Source: Akkermansia sp. (GTDB lineage Bacteria > Verrucomicrobiota > Verrucomicrobiia > Verrucomicrobiales > Akkermansiaceae). From it: a stretch of 64,000 nt of DNA. Both the position numbers and the translations under genes were made by a program. The stretch covers positions 1,472-65,471 of the forward strand of contig JAZRRO010000059.1 in the NCBI GenBank assembly GCA_045650805.1. Reading direction: 5' to 3'. Numbering within the stretch: the stretch's first letter is position 1; every line of letters begins with the position of its first letter. Below the pieces are notes generated by a model that was not told the DNA's origin, made no database searches, and was given only the letters and a program-made list of their open reading frames with translations. Positions 28,538 to 37,453 of the stretch are shown here, piece by piece.

Positions 28538-29632
28538 TTACATGAAGCCTACCACAATTTCATCTGCCAGCAAGCGACCTTTGCGGGTTAGCAGCAGCCC
28601 GTGCGCTTCTGAATAGGTAGCAAGTCCCTCCTGGCAGAGTGATGCAATGTATGCCCTGTCTGTTGCGCGCAGATAGACTGGGGGCAGGGGGATATCCGTG
28701 CGAAGCCAGAGCCCCAAGAGCTCGGTTCGTTTGTCTGCTTCGCTTAGGCTTTCGCTTTCATGGGGCGGTAATTGGCCTTGGAGCAAGGTCTGGATGTATG
28801 CCGGGGTGTTCTCCGCATTGGAGTAGCGCGTGTGGCCGATGGTGGCACAGGCCCCGGGGCCAAGTCCGTAGTAGTCTTTACCTTGCCAGCAAGCCAGATT
28901 ATGCAGGGAAATGCAGCCATCCTTTGCGTAGTTGGAAATTTCATAGTGGCGGAAACCTGCTGTGGTGAGCAAGTCATCTGTCAGCTGAAACATGGCCTCA
29001 TCCGTTTCTTCATCCACCATCTTATCTCCATACATCTGGTGAAAGGGAGTGCCTTCTTCGTAGGTAAGGTTGTATGTGGAGATGTGGTTTGGCTCCAGTT
29101 CCAAAGTGCGCTCCAATGTGTCCTGCCATTGGCTTAGTGTCTGCCCCGGCAGGCTGAACATGAGGTCGATGTTCACCTGCGGCATGCCCACTTCTCGCAG
29201 GATTGCTACGCTCTGGCGCACTTGCTCGGGCGTGTGTTCTCTCCCCAGCATTTGGAGTGTATCTGCGCTCATGCTTTGTACCCCCAGGGAGATGCGCGTG
29301 ATGCCCAGTCTCAGCCATTGTTCCACTTTTGCCGGGGTAAATGTGGCCGGGTTTGCTTCAAAACTCCATTCCTGCAACTGGGTGAGGTCAGCCACTTCTC
29401 GCAGGTGCCCTACCAGTGTCTCCAAATGAGTGGGGGAGAGCATGCTGGGCGTGCCGCCGCCAAAATAAAGGGTTGTGGGGGTAAAACCCTGTGGCAGTCG
29501 CAGTCTGGCCTCGGTACCCACCGCCCGCACAAAACCGCGCAAATCCGTATCGCTGGGGGTGTGCTTAAAAAACGCGCAATACGGGCAAATGCGGTGGCAG
29601 AACGGGATGTGGATGTAGAGGTGTTGGCTCAT
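28538..29632 (-). CDS. hemW: Radical SAM heme chaperone HemW (HemN-like, oxygen-independent coproporphyrinogen oxidase family)
   Basis: N-terminus LYIHIPFCHRICPYCAF (CxxxCxxC) plus an HemN C-terminal domain; 364 aa. Confidence 0.85.
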   Translation of the reverse strand: MSQHLYIHIPFCHRICPYCAFFKHTPSDTDLRGFVRAVGTEARLRLPQGFTPTTLYFGGGTPSMLSPTHLETLVGHLREVADLTQLQEWSFEANPATFTPAKVEQWLRLGITRISLGVQSMSADTLQMLGREHTPEQVRQSVAILREVGMPQVNIDLMFSLPGQTLSQWQDTLERTLELEPNHISTYNLTYEEGTPFHQMYGDKMVDEETDEAMFQLTDDLLTTAGFRHYEISNYAKDGCISLHNLACWQGKDYYGLGPGACATIGHTRYSNAENTPAYIQTLLQGQLPPHESESLSEADKRTELLGLWLRTDIPLPPVYLRATDRAYIASLCQEGLATYSEAHGLLLTRKGRLLADEIVVGFM

Positions 29633-29647
29633 TGCCGAGAATGCAAA

Positions 29648-29671
29648 GAGCCGGGGCTTGCACCCCGGCTC
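29648..29671 (-). terminator. Hairpin downstream of nagB (possible attenuating terminator before hemW)
   Basis: 9-bp GC-rich stem GAGCCGGGG/CCCCGGCTC; only a weak T tract (TTTGCATTCT) follows on the minus strand. Confidence 0.4.
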
Positions 29672-29718
29672 GTGTTTGTGTTGTTGGGGGTAGCTATATT
29701 GCTGCCCTTGGTGAAGAT

Positions 29719-30462
29719 TTACAGCTCAGCAGCGGCCGGAGCGTCAAGGAAGTACTTGGCGTCGGCGTGGTTCTGCAGGTAGGAAGCGGCCACATCGATG
29801 GTCACGGGACCCTGGATAGCCTTCTTCACGATGGAAGCCTTCTTGTCGCCCCAAGCCATCAGGCGCACCTTCTTGGCACCCATGATGGTGGCCACACCCA
29901 TGGTGATAGCGGTGTTGGGCACGTTTTCGAAACCACCGAAAGCGGGAGCTGCGTCGGTCTTGGTGAGGTCATCGAGGTGTACCTGGCGGGTGATGGTGGT
30001 GTCATCAGAGCCGGGTTCATTGAAGCCGATGTGGCCGGTGCGGCCGATGCCGAGAATCTGCAGGTCCAGACCACCGCAAGCCTTGATTTTGTCCTCGTAA
30101 GCCTGGCAGTGAGCGGGGATTTCCTCGGGAGCGAGGGTGCCGCAGGGCAGGTTGATGTTTTCGGCGGGGATGTCGATGTGGTTGAAGAGGTTAGTGTGCA
30201 TGAAGTACCAGTAGGATTCCACGTGTTCGTGGGGCAGACCGGTGTATTCATCCAGGTTGAACGTGGTCACGTTCTTGAAGGACAGACCCTCTTCCTTGTG
30301 AAGACGAATCAGCTCAGCGTAGAAAGGCAGAGGGGTAGCACCCGTGGCCAGACCAAGGACAACGCCCTTGCCCTCAGCGGCGCGGCTGCGGATGAGCTCT
30401 GCAACTTCTGCTGCCAACTTCTTGGCTGCAGCTTCCTTCGTTTCGAAAACTTCGTATGTCAT
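29719..30462 (-). CDS. nagB: Glucosamine-6-phosphate deaminase
   Basis: 247 aa; LGLATGATP, NLDEY and GIGRTGHIGFNEPGS motifs. Confidence 0.95.
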   Translation of the reverse strand: MTYEVFETKEAAAKKLAAEVAELIRSRAAEGKGVVLGLATGATPLPFYAELIRLHKEEGLSFKNVTTFNLDEYTGLPHEHVESYWYFMHTNLFNHIDIPAENINLPCGTLAPEEIPAHCQAYEDKIKACGGLDLQILGIGRTGHIGFNEPGSDDTTITRQVHLDDLTKTDAAPAFGGFENVPNTAITMGVATIMGAKKVRLMAWGDKKASIVKKAIQGPVTIDVAASYLQNHADAKYFLDAPAAAEL

Positions 30463-30471
30463 AGCGCCTTT

Positions 30472-30499
30472 ATTCTATACATTCCACCCCCGATTTCAA
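30472..30499 (-). promoter_or_regulatory. Sigma70-type promoter candidate (TTGAAA-N16-TAGAAT) for nagB
   Basis: The -10 ends 9 nt before ATG 30462. Confidence 0.55.
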
Positions 30500-30550
30500 C
30501 CCTAAAATGTACTCATCTCCCAAAAAAGATGCCAAATCATCAGTTTTCTG

Positions 30551-30579
30551 TTGCATTGGCTCCAAAATCAAGGTAGAAT
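30551..30579 (+). promoter_or_regulatory. Sigma70-type promoter candidate (TTGCAT-N17-TAGAAT) for fucO
   Basis: The -10 ends 6 nt before ATG 30586, so the transcript is likely leaderless. Confidence 0.6.
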
Positions 30580-30585
30580 TCAAGC

Positions 30586-31755
30586 ATGTCCGCAAAACGC
30601 TTTATTCTGAACGAGACGAGTTACCACGGCGCCGGCGCCGTGCGTGAGATTGTGACCGAGGTGAAGAACCGTGGCTTCCAGAAGGCCCTGATTGTGACCG
30701 ATGCCGACTTGGTGCGCTTTGGCGTGGTGGCAAAGGTGACGACCCTGCTGGACGAGGCCGGTTGCGCCTATGAGATTTATGACCAGGTAAAAGCTAACCC
30801 CAGCGTAGCTGTGGTGGAAGCCGGTGTGGCTGCATTCAAGGCTGCTGCTGCTGATTACATGATTGCCATCGGTGGTGGTTCTCCCCAGGACACGGCCAAG
30901 GCCATTGGTATCATCATCAACAACCCCGAGTTCTCTGATGTGGTATCCCTGGAAGGTTTGGCTCCCACCAAGAACAAGGCTGTGCCCATGATTGCTGTGG
31001 CTACAACGGCCGGTACGGCTGCTGAAACCACCATCAACTACGTGATTACGGATGAAGCCAAGCGCCGCAAGTTCGTGTGCGTTGACCCCCACGATATCCC
31101 CGTGGTGGCCGTGGTTGACCCCGAAATGATGTCCTCCATGCCCAAGGGACTCACCGCTGCTACCGGTATGGATGCCCTGACCCACGCCATCGAAGGCTAC
31201 ACCACGCTGGCCGCTTGGGAATTGGCTGATACGCTCAACATCAAGGCAGTAGAACTCATCGCCAAGAATCTGCGCGCTGCTGTGGAGAATGACCCCGCCG
31301 GCCGCGAAGGCATGGCCCTTGGTCAGTACATGACCGGTATGGCTTTCTCCAACGTGGGCCTCGGTGTGGTACACGGCATGGCTCACCCCCTCAGCGCTTT
31401 CTACAACACCCCCCACGGTGTGGCCAACGCTGTGCTGCTTCCCTATGTGATGGAGTACAACGCTGAGTACACCGGCGAGAAATTCCGCGAAATTGCCCGC
31501 GCCATGGGCGTGCAGGGTGTGGATGCCATGTCTCAGGAGGAATACCGCAAGGCCGCTATTCAGGCTGTATGCCAGCTTTCCTCAGACGTCAACATTCCCC
31601 AGACGCTTGCTGAAATCGGCGTGAAGGAAGAAGACCTGGAAGCTCTGACCGATGCCGCTATGGCTGACGTTTGCACCGGTGGCAATCCCCGTCCGTGCGT
31701 GCGCGAAGAGATTCTTGCCGTATACCGCACGGCCTACACCGGCTGGGCCAAGTAA
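30586..31755 (+). CDS. fucO: Iron-containing alcohol dehydrogenase, lactaldehyde reductase-like
   Basis: 389 aa; GGGSPQDTAK and the His-rich metal site (HAIEGY, HGMAHPL). N-terminus resembles FucO. Substrate assignment is inferred. Confidence 0.75.
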   Translation: MSAKRFILNETSYHGAGAVREIVTEVKNRGFQKALIVTDADLVRFGVVAKVTTLLDEAGCAYEIYDQVKANPSVAVVEAGVAAFKAAAADYMIAIGGGSPQDTAKAIGIIINNPEFSDVVSLEGLAPTKNKAVPMIAVATTAGTAAETTINYVITDEAKRRKFVCVDPHDIPVVAVVDPEMMSSMPKGLTAATGMDALTHAIEGYTTLAAWELADTLNIKAVELIAKNLRAAVENDPAGREGMALGQYMTGMAFSNVGLGVVHGMAHPLSAFYNTPHGVANAVLLPYVMEYNAEYTGEKFREIARAMGVQGVDAMSQEEYRKAAIQAVCQLSSDVNIPQTLAEIGVKEEDLEALTDAAMADVCTGGNPRPCVREEILAVYRTAYTGWAK

Positions 31756-31784
31756 TTCTGGCTTTTAGACCCAAATATATCTGC

Positions 31785-31821
31785 CGCACCGGCTTTCTGC
31801 TGGGTGCGCCAGTCTTTTTTT
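31785..31821 (+). terminator. Possible Rho-independent terminator after fucO
   Basis: 6-bp stem CGCACC/GGTGCG with a 12-nt loop, then a T7 run at 31815-31821. Confidence 0.45.
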
Positions 31822-31831
31822 GCTATTAAAC

Positions 31832-31860
31832 TTGACGCCACAGCCTATTGCAGGTATACC
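31832..31860 (+). promoter_or_regulatory. Promoter candidate (TTGACG-N17-TATACC) for coaD
   Basis: The -10 lacks the final T, so it is weaker. It ends 7 nt before ATG 31868. Confidence 0.4.
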
Positions 31861-31867
31861 CATAGGC

Positions 31868-32359
31868 ATGAAACGCACCGCAGTATATGCAGGCAGCTTT
31901 GATCCGCCTACCAATGGCCACCTCTGGATGATTCAGCAGGGGGCTGCACTCTTTGATGAATTGGTGGTTGCTCTGGCGGTGAATCCGGATAAACCCGGCT
32001 TTTTCAGCAGGGAGGAGCGTCTGGCTGTACTGCGTGAGATGCTGGCAGATTTGCCCGGCAATGTGCGTGTGGAGGCGGTGAGTCAAGGCTTCTTGGTGGA
32101 TTTTGCCAAGGAAGTGGGTGCCAACTACCTGCTGCGAGGAATGCGCAACACCATAGATTTTGAATATGAAAAGCCCATGGCCCGTATGAATGCCCGCATG
32201 GAACCGGAGATTCAGTCTGTGTTCCTTATGCCGCCCAGCGAGCTGGAGGAAGTCTCTTCCTCTTATGTTCGTGGATTTGTGGGCGTATCCGGCTGGGAAC
32301 GCTGGGTGAAAGCATGCGTTCCCCCTTGTGTGTACCGTCTCATTGCCTCTCGTGCCTGA
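31868..32359 (+). CDS. coaD: Pantetheine-phosphate adenylyltransferase
   Basis: Start at MKRTAVYAGSFDPPTNGHLWM (T/HxGH motif); 163 aa. Confidence 0.9.
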   Translation: MKRTAVYAGSFDPPTNGHLWMIQQGAALFDELVVALAVNPDKPGFFSREERLAVLREMLADLPGNVRVEAVSQGFLVDFAKEVGANYLLRGMRNTIDFEYEKPMARMNARMEPEIQSVFLMPPSELEEVSSSYVRGFVGVSGWERWVKACVPPCVYRLIASRA

Positions 32360-32370
32360 GAGGTCGGGGT

Positions 32371-33048
32371 TTACTTTTCGTATGTGCCCGGAGCCGGTTC
32401 GTGGCATTGTTCTGTGTGCTGCCAACCGGGGAGTAGGAGCTGCCAGAAATCATAGTGAGGGTTCGTTGCTTCTTCCTTCATGCGTTCAGACGTCATGCGG
32501 AAGGGATATACCTGTACAGGTACACGGGGTTGCCCGGCCTTAAAGGCCTCGTTCACCATGGTGTAGATTTCTTCAATCCCGGCATCTGTCATCGCAAAGC
32601 AGCCGATGGAGACATCGCTCCCATGTATCATGATATAGGAGCCGGTGCGGCCCTGCGACACATCGAAGGCATTGGGATAGCCGATGTTGAAAGATAGATG
32701 ATACATGCTGCGCGGATTGAGGCCACGTGGTGTGGCTTCGTAAAATCCCTCCGGCGCCTGGCAATCTCCTTCTGCGGTTTTGGGCCCCAGTTCACCGCTC
32801 ATGCCGGCAATCTCGTATGTTTTGAGGATGCTCCATTGCCCATTGTTTTTGGTCCACAATTCCAGTTCCCAATCCTCCTTGATGATGCGGATAAACACAG
32901 GCTGCCCGAAGTGCGCCCCCAGCTCCGGAGCCACATGTTTGCGGGCTTGCACCACCCGGTCGGGCTCTGTTGGCGGGTGAGGTGCGGCTTGAGTCTTCAT
33001 TGCCGGGAGTATGGCCAAAACCATCAGGAGGAGAGTGAATCTTTTCAT
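32371..33048 (-). CDS. L,D-transpeptidase family protein (YkuD/YafK-like), secreted
   Basis: Signal peptide, and active-site motif IMIHGSDVSIGCFAM (His...Gly-Cys). Confidence 0.8.
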   Translation of the reverse strand: MKRFTLLLMVLAILPAMKTQAAPHPPTEPDRVVQARKHVAPELGAHFGQPVFIRIIKEDWELELWTKNNGQWSILKTYEIAGMSGELGPKTAEGDCQAPEGFYEATPRGLNPRSMYHLSFNIGYPNAFDVSQGRTGSYIMIHGSDVSIGCFAMTDAGIEEIYTMVNEAFKAGQPRVPVQVYPFRMTSERMKEEATNPHYDFWQLLLPGWQHTEQCHEPAPGTYEK

Positions 33049-33752
33049 GCTTCGGCAGGAGCTTCTTCCTGCGCCTTATTGGTGTTTTTCTCAATCAATC
33101 GGCGAGGAATAAGAGCCTCAAACACAGCGATGAAGAAGGTGTAAAGGAACATGAATAGAACCGGCAGAATGGCTGTACACCAGCGCACCGTTTTGAACTG
33201 TGCCAGCAAATCCGGGAAGAATGGCTCTTTCATGTTCTCCCACAAATAGGCGATGCCTTGGCATGCGTAGGCAAGCAAAAGAGAAATGATGAAATTGAGG
33301 CAGCATGCAACGGTGATGCTGCGGAAAGCATTGGTGCACAAACCACCAAGAATCCACAGCAGCGGAATGAAGAAGATGGTGACCGGGTAATCAGTAGGCA
33401 CGCTCAACAGCGATTTTGCTCCGGGAATGGCCCAGATGGCAGAGGGGAGGATGACGTCCCCGGCATCACTCAGGAGGATAATTTCCAGAATCCACAACGT
33501 GGTTGCGCAGCAGTATAAGATGTTCCACACCAATGTCATACCGCGCACACACGCTACCACCAGCATAATGATTGCTGCCATCAGGAAATACGGATTGCTC
33601 AGGACCTCCAGACAGCGCTCTGCCATGCTATCTAAATATGCGGCCAGGCGAATCCCCTGTGCCCCCATGGTGTACAGCACCACCAAATAAATGATGGGCA
33701 GGAGGCAAAGATATTTCAGCAGATGTCGCGGAAGCCAATTCATGTCTGCCAT
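33045..33752 (-). CDS. Polytopic membrane protein, function unknown
   Basis: 235 aa with about 6 hydrophobic segments. ATGA stop/start overlap with the L,D-transpeptidase gene. Confidence 0.6.
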   Translation of the reverse strand: MADMNWLPRHLLKYLCLLPIIYLVVLYTMGAQGIRLAAYLDSMAERCLEVLSNPYFLMAAIIMLVVACVRGMTLVWNILYCCATTLWILEIILLSDAGDVILPSAIWAIPGAKSLLSVPTDYPVTIFFIPLLWILGGLCTNAFRSITVACCLNFIISLLLAYACQGIAYLWENMKEPFFPDLLAQFKTVRWCTAILPVLFMFLYTFFIAVFEALIPRRLIEKNTNKAQEEAPAEA

Positions 33753-33799
33753 TCTAGTGCGTGAAGCCCCTGCCTGTCAAGGTTAAAACCTGTCGCGCT

Positions 33800-34930
33800 T
33801 CATACGCACCCCCTGATTGTCTGCCCATTTTCGGGGGCGGGGAAGCGTGTGGACGGGATGTTGGCGCGCTGGAGTGCCGCTGCGAGGTCTTGCAGCGTTT
33901 CTTCGTAGCCTTCATTGGCCAACTGCCAGGTACCGAAGTGGCATGCAATGGCAAAGGGGGCGCGGAGAGCCCGGAATGCGTTCACGGCATCGGCCGGGTT
34001 TGTATGGTTGTTGCGAATCCACTCGGGACGATAGGCTCCGATGGGCAGGAGCGCCACATCCGGTGCGCCGAGGCGCTTGCCGATGGTGGCAAACCACGTG
34101 GTACGGGCAGTATCCCCGGCAAAGTAGATGGAGGGACCACCCGAAGGTGCTTTGAGGTAGAATCCACACCAGAGCGAGCGGTTGGAGCTTTCTGTAGTGC
34201 GGTAGCGCTTGCTCCAGTGGCGGGCGGGGACAACATGGATGCTCAGCCCCTGCTGGGTGATGTGTTGCCACCAATCCAGCTCGCTGATGCGGAGCCCAGT
34301 GCCGCAGTGGTATTCAAGCAGGCTTTTGAGCCCGAGTGGCACGATGAAATGCGGGTGGTCTCGCTGTTCAAGCTTTTGAAGGGTGTTGACATCAAAATGA
34401 TCATAATGATCGTGGGAAATAAGGCAGACATCGATACGGGGCAGCTCATCCCATACGATGCCGACAGGGCGTGTGCGGCGGGGGCCAAAGCCTTGAACAG
34501 GGCTTGTATAATCGCTCCAGACGGGATCGGTAAGGATATTGAGCCCGTGCATGCGAATCAGCATGGTGGAGTGGTTCACCATGGTAACTTCCCAATTTTT
34601 GCCGGTGACGTGCGGAGCCAGCTCGGGGGTGTATGTATTGCGCTCAATCGTGGGGTAATATCCCTTGGATTTGCGATCGGTGAGCCAGCGCAGGGCCTCG
34701 CGTGTGCCCATGGGAAGTTGCGGCTCCGGGTTGTAGAAGTAGGTGCCGTCAAAATGATCGGTGATGGGACCATGCCATTCACCGGCGCGGCAAAGGGTGC
34801 GCGGCAGGAGCCAGTCGACACCCTTTCCCGCTGCGGCCAGAGCTCCAACGCCTAACAACCCCTTAAGAAACCAGCGGCGGCTGCGCTTGGGGGGCTGGGG
34901 CAAGTGTTGCTCTGGTGCATCGTGGCTCAT
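33800..34930 (-). CDS. TAT-exported MBL-fold metallo-hydrolase
   Basis: Twin-arginine signal SRRWFLKGLLGVGALAAAG; metal motif ISHDHYDHFD. Confidence 0.75.
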   Translation of the reverse strand: MSHDAPEQHLPQPPKRSRRWFLKGLLGVGALAAAGKGVDWLLPRTLCRAGEWHGPITDHFDGTYFYNPEPQLPMGTREALRWLTDRKSKGYYPTIERNTYTPELAPHVTGKNWEVTMVNHSTMLIRMHGLNILTDPVWSDYTSPVQGFGPRRTRPVGIVWDELPRIDVCLISHDHYDHFDVNTLQKLEQRDHPHFIVPLGLKSLLEYHCGTGLRISELDWWQHITQQGLSIHVVPARHWSKRYRTTESSNRSLWCGFYLKAPSGGPSIYFAGDTARTTWFATIGKRLGAPDVALLPIGAYRPEWIRNNHTNPADAVNAFRALRAPFAIACHFGTWQLANEGYEETLQDLAAALQRANIPSTRFPAPENGQTIRGCV

Positions 34931-37185
34931 TCAGCCTCTTCCTCGGTTTCGGGTTCGGCTTCTTCTACAGCTGCGTCAGCTGCGGCTTCATCGTCCATTT
35001 CTCCTTCATCCTCGTGTGCTTCTTCTTCTTCACCGGTAGAGACATCAGCCAGACGGGGGGTGAGGAATTCCATGAGGTTGCCGGGGGTGAGCAGCTCGGG
35101 GGTGATGGCAGGCTCAGCTCCGGGGATGTACAGGACGTTCACCGGTACAGAGGTGCGGCCCAGTTTGTGCATTTCGGCATCGATGTCGGCGTTCTTTTCT
35201 GTGGCATCTGCACGCATCAGAACCACACCGGCTCGGTTGAACTCGGCGTACACTTCGTCAGTATAGGCGGTCATCTTGTTGTACTGGCAAGTAGCGCACC
35301 ACTTGGCGGTGAAATCCACGTAGACCGGGTGGCCCTCTTGCAGGGCTTCCTGCATGGCGGAGGGGGTCCAGTTCTGCCACTCGGCCGTTGTGGCGGTGTT
35401 TTCTTTTTCCGTGGCAGGCATGCCGCCCCAGATGCCGAGCACGGCCAAGATGATGGCCACAATCAAGCCAATGATGCGGCTCTTACGGCTGCGGTACATG
35501 GGGCACCAGCGTCCGTATACCCAGAATGCCGAGCAGAAGACCACCAGAGATACCAGGATGAACATGACGGCCAGCGGGTCTTCCTCCGGGGCGAAAGAAA
35601 GGTACACCGAAAGCAACCATGCGGCGGCCAGGAAGAGACAGAAGGACAAGCCCTGTCGCAGGGATTCCATCCAAGCGCCGGGGCGCGGCAGCTTGCTGAC
35701 GAGTGAGGGGAAGAATCCCAGGACGATGTACGGGAATGCCAGGCCCAGTGCCATGAAGGTGAGGGCTACCACCATCCACACGCCCGGCAGAGCCATGGCT
35801 GCGGGCATGGCTGCACCCAGGAAGGGGGCGGAGCAGGGGGTAGCCACAACGGTGATGAAGAGCCCCTGGAAGAAGGAGCCGGTAAGACCGCCCTTGTTCT
35901 GCAGTTTCTGGCCGGCGCCGGTGGCCGATACGGCGATTTCAAAGACGCCGTACATGCTCAGGCCTACGACGGTGAGCAGCAGGGTGATGGCGTAGATAAC
36001 CCAGGGATTCTGCATCCACACAGCCCATTTGCGGGATTCAGAGCCGGCATCTGCCCAGAGAGTTTGCAGCCAATCGGTCCAGGGCGTGTCTGCCAGAGCA
36101 GGAGCGTTGGAAAGTACGATGAGCATGATACCCAGCACCCAGAAAGAGATGAGGATACCCAGCACAAATGCAAGAGAATGCAGCATGACCTTGGCTCGGC
36201 TGCCGCCACCCAGTTCCACGAAGCTCATGATCTTGAGGCCGATGACGGGGAAGACGCAGGGCATGAGGTTCAGAATCAACCCACCCAGGAACAAATACAG
36301 GATGATGCCGCCAAAACCGGCAGGAACGCCGCTGACGCTTTCTTTCTGAGGCTCAATCTGGATGGTGGTGTGTTTGCCACCAAAGGTGAGGATGCCGCTC
36401 AGGGTGGGCAGGGGCTTGCCCACGGTCTCAGGATTGGCCGGGGCATACATGTCATTCGTACCCTTGTTGCGGGGCAGGGTCAGGGTGTAGGTGTTGCCAT
36501 CGCGGGTGAGCGTCTGGGCTGCGGCGGGGTCGATGCTGTTGTCTTCCGAGAAGAAGTATGCTTCTTTGAGGTCCTCTTGCCAGTCGAACTTGAGCTGCAC
36601 TGCATCTTTGGTCTGCGTGGCGCTCACTTCTATGGGGGTGTCGCCCAGCACTTCAACAGTCTGCTCCTTGTTGTTCCAATCTGCAGAGGTTGCGCCATCA
36701 CCGGCATTCAGTACCACGGTTGCCGTAGAGTTTTCGGGCGTTCCGCACTGGCCTTCCTTGCAGGCCTGGGCTGTGGTGTCGATGCTGATAACGGCTTCAC
36801 CCGTGGCTTGAGTCGTGGGGGTCACTTTCCAAACGGCTACGGCATCAGAGTAGGCGTAGGCCACGCTCACACTGTCTTCCATGCGATGCGGCGGCTGCCA
36901 GTAGGGGCCTTCTGCCTGGAATCCTGCGGGTACCTTCAGCTGTGCAGAAATCGGCATGCCCATGGTGCCCGGATTGCGGAAATAGGTGTGCCAGGGAGAT
37001 TCCGCACTGGCGGTAAGGCTCACATAAAAGGCTTCGCCCGGCTTGTAGCTGGTGACGCTGGCCTTTGCACTGGTGGTGACCAATGCCGGCTGATCATCGC
37101 CAAATCCAAAATCCATGCCAAACTGTGCCGTCGCCATTTGCGTCGCGCACGCGAGCGCGAGTAATGTTGTGCGGAAGATGTTCAT
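34927..37185 (-). CDS. dsbD: Thiol:disulfide interchange protein DsbD family (N-terminal domain + CcdA-like TM core + thioredoxin)
   Basis: Start at MNIFRTTLLALACA (signal peptide); TM cysteines in LMPCVFPV and ATPCSAPF; C-terminal thioredoxin WCATC; acidic tail. ATGA overlap with the MBL gene. Confidence 0.85.
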   Translation of the reverse strand: MNIFRTTLLALACATQMATAQFGMDFGFGDDQPALVTTSAKASVTSYKPGEAFYVSLTASAESPWHTYFRNPGTMGMPISAQLKVPAGFQAEGPYWQPPHRMEDSVSVAYAYSDAVAVWKVTPTTQATGEAVISIDTTAQACKEGQCGTPENSTATVVLNAGDGATSADWNNKEQTVEVLGDTPIEVSATQTKDAVQLKFDWQEDLKEAYFFSEDNSIDPAAAQTLTRDGNTYTLTLPRNKGTNDMYAPANPETVGKPLPTLSGILTFGGKHTTIQIEPQKESVSGVPAGFGGIILYLFLGGLILNLMPCVFPVIGLKIMSFVELGGGSRAKVMLHSLAFVLGILISFWVLGIMLIVLSNAPALADTPWTDWLQTLWADAGSESRKWAVWMQNPWVIYAITLLLTVVGLSMYGVFEIAVSATGAGQKLQNKGGLTGSFFQGLFITVVATPCSAPFLGAAMPAAMALPGVWMVVALTFMALGLAFPYIVLGFFPSLVSKLPRPGAWMESLRQGLSFCLFLAAAWLLSVYLSFAPEEDPLAVMFILVSLVVFCSAFWVYGRWCPMYRSRKSRIIGLIVAIILAVLGIWGGMPATEKENTATTAEWQNWTPSAMQEALQEGHPVYVDFTAKWCATCQYNKMTAYTDEVYAEFNRAGVVLMRADATEKNADIDAEMHKLGRTSVPVNVLYIPGAEPAITPELLTPGNLMEFLTPRLADVSTGEEEEAHEDEGEMDDEAAADAAVEEAEPETEEEAE

Positions 37186-37271
37186 GCGGGGCAATATACC
37201 ACAAAAGGCATATACCCGCAAGGCTAATAGCTGAACGCCTTGCATTTTTTGTCTTGCTCACTCGCAATGTA

Positions 37272-37335
37272 TTCGAATCCCGGAAAACAGAAAAGCTCCT
37301 CGGATGAGGAGCTTGAAGAGCGGGCGATGGGATTC
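37272..37335 (-). repeat. Direct repeat copy 1 (64 nt): terminator plus the 3'-terminal 17 nt of tRNA-Gly
   Basis: 61/64 identical to 37444-37507, offset 172 nt. Confidence 0.9.
37283..37314 (-). terminator. Rho-independent terminator (second copy, after the tRNA-derived segment)
   Basis: Minus strand reads AAGCTCCTC-ATCC-GAGGAGCTT followed by TTCTGTTTTCC. Confidence 0.75.
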
Positions 37336-37453
37336 TACCCGCTCCACCAAGCTCTGCCTGGCGGCAGAGTGCCCTCGCAGCGGTGACTGCTCGGCTTGGT
37401 GGCAAGTTGCTCGCATACTCGCACCTTGCCCACTCGTCGTGGGTTCGAATCCC
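37336..37453. pseudogene. GC-rich structured segment built from decayed tRNA-Gly pieces (not a foldable tRNA)
   Basis: 37437-37453 is a 17/17 inverted copy of tRNA-Gly TCGTGGGTTCGAATCCC, and 37421-37430 resembles the anticodon arm. Stems include CCACCAAG/CTTGGTGG and CTCTGCC/GGCAGAG. Confidence 0.5.

Noticed and set aside
37319-37453. A possible fourth tRNA, a class II tRNA, tmRNA or SRP RNA beside the tRNA-Gly array.
   Set aside because: I could not build an acceptor stem or a 5-bp T stem on either strand. The T-loop copy is mutated (GGGTAGAATCCC), and the other T-arm is in inverted orientation with a non-pairing 3' side (CCCTG). There is no 4.5S-like GGAA loop motif. It is kept only as a tRNA-derived segment or possible ncRNA.
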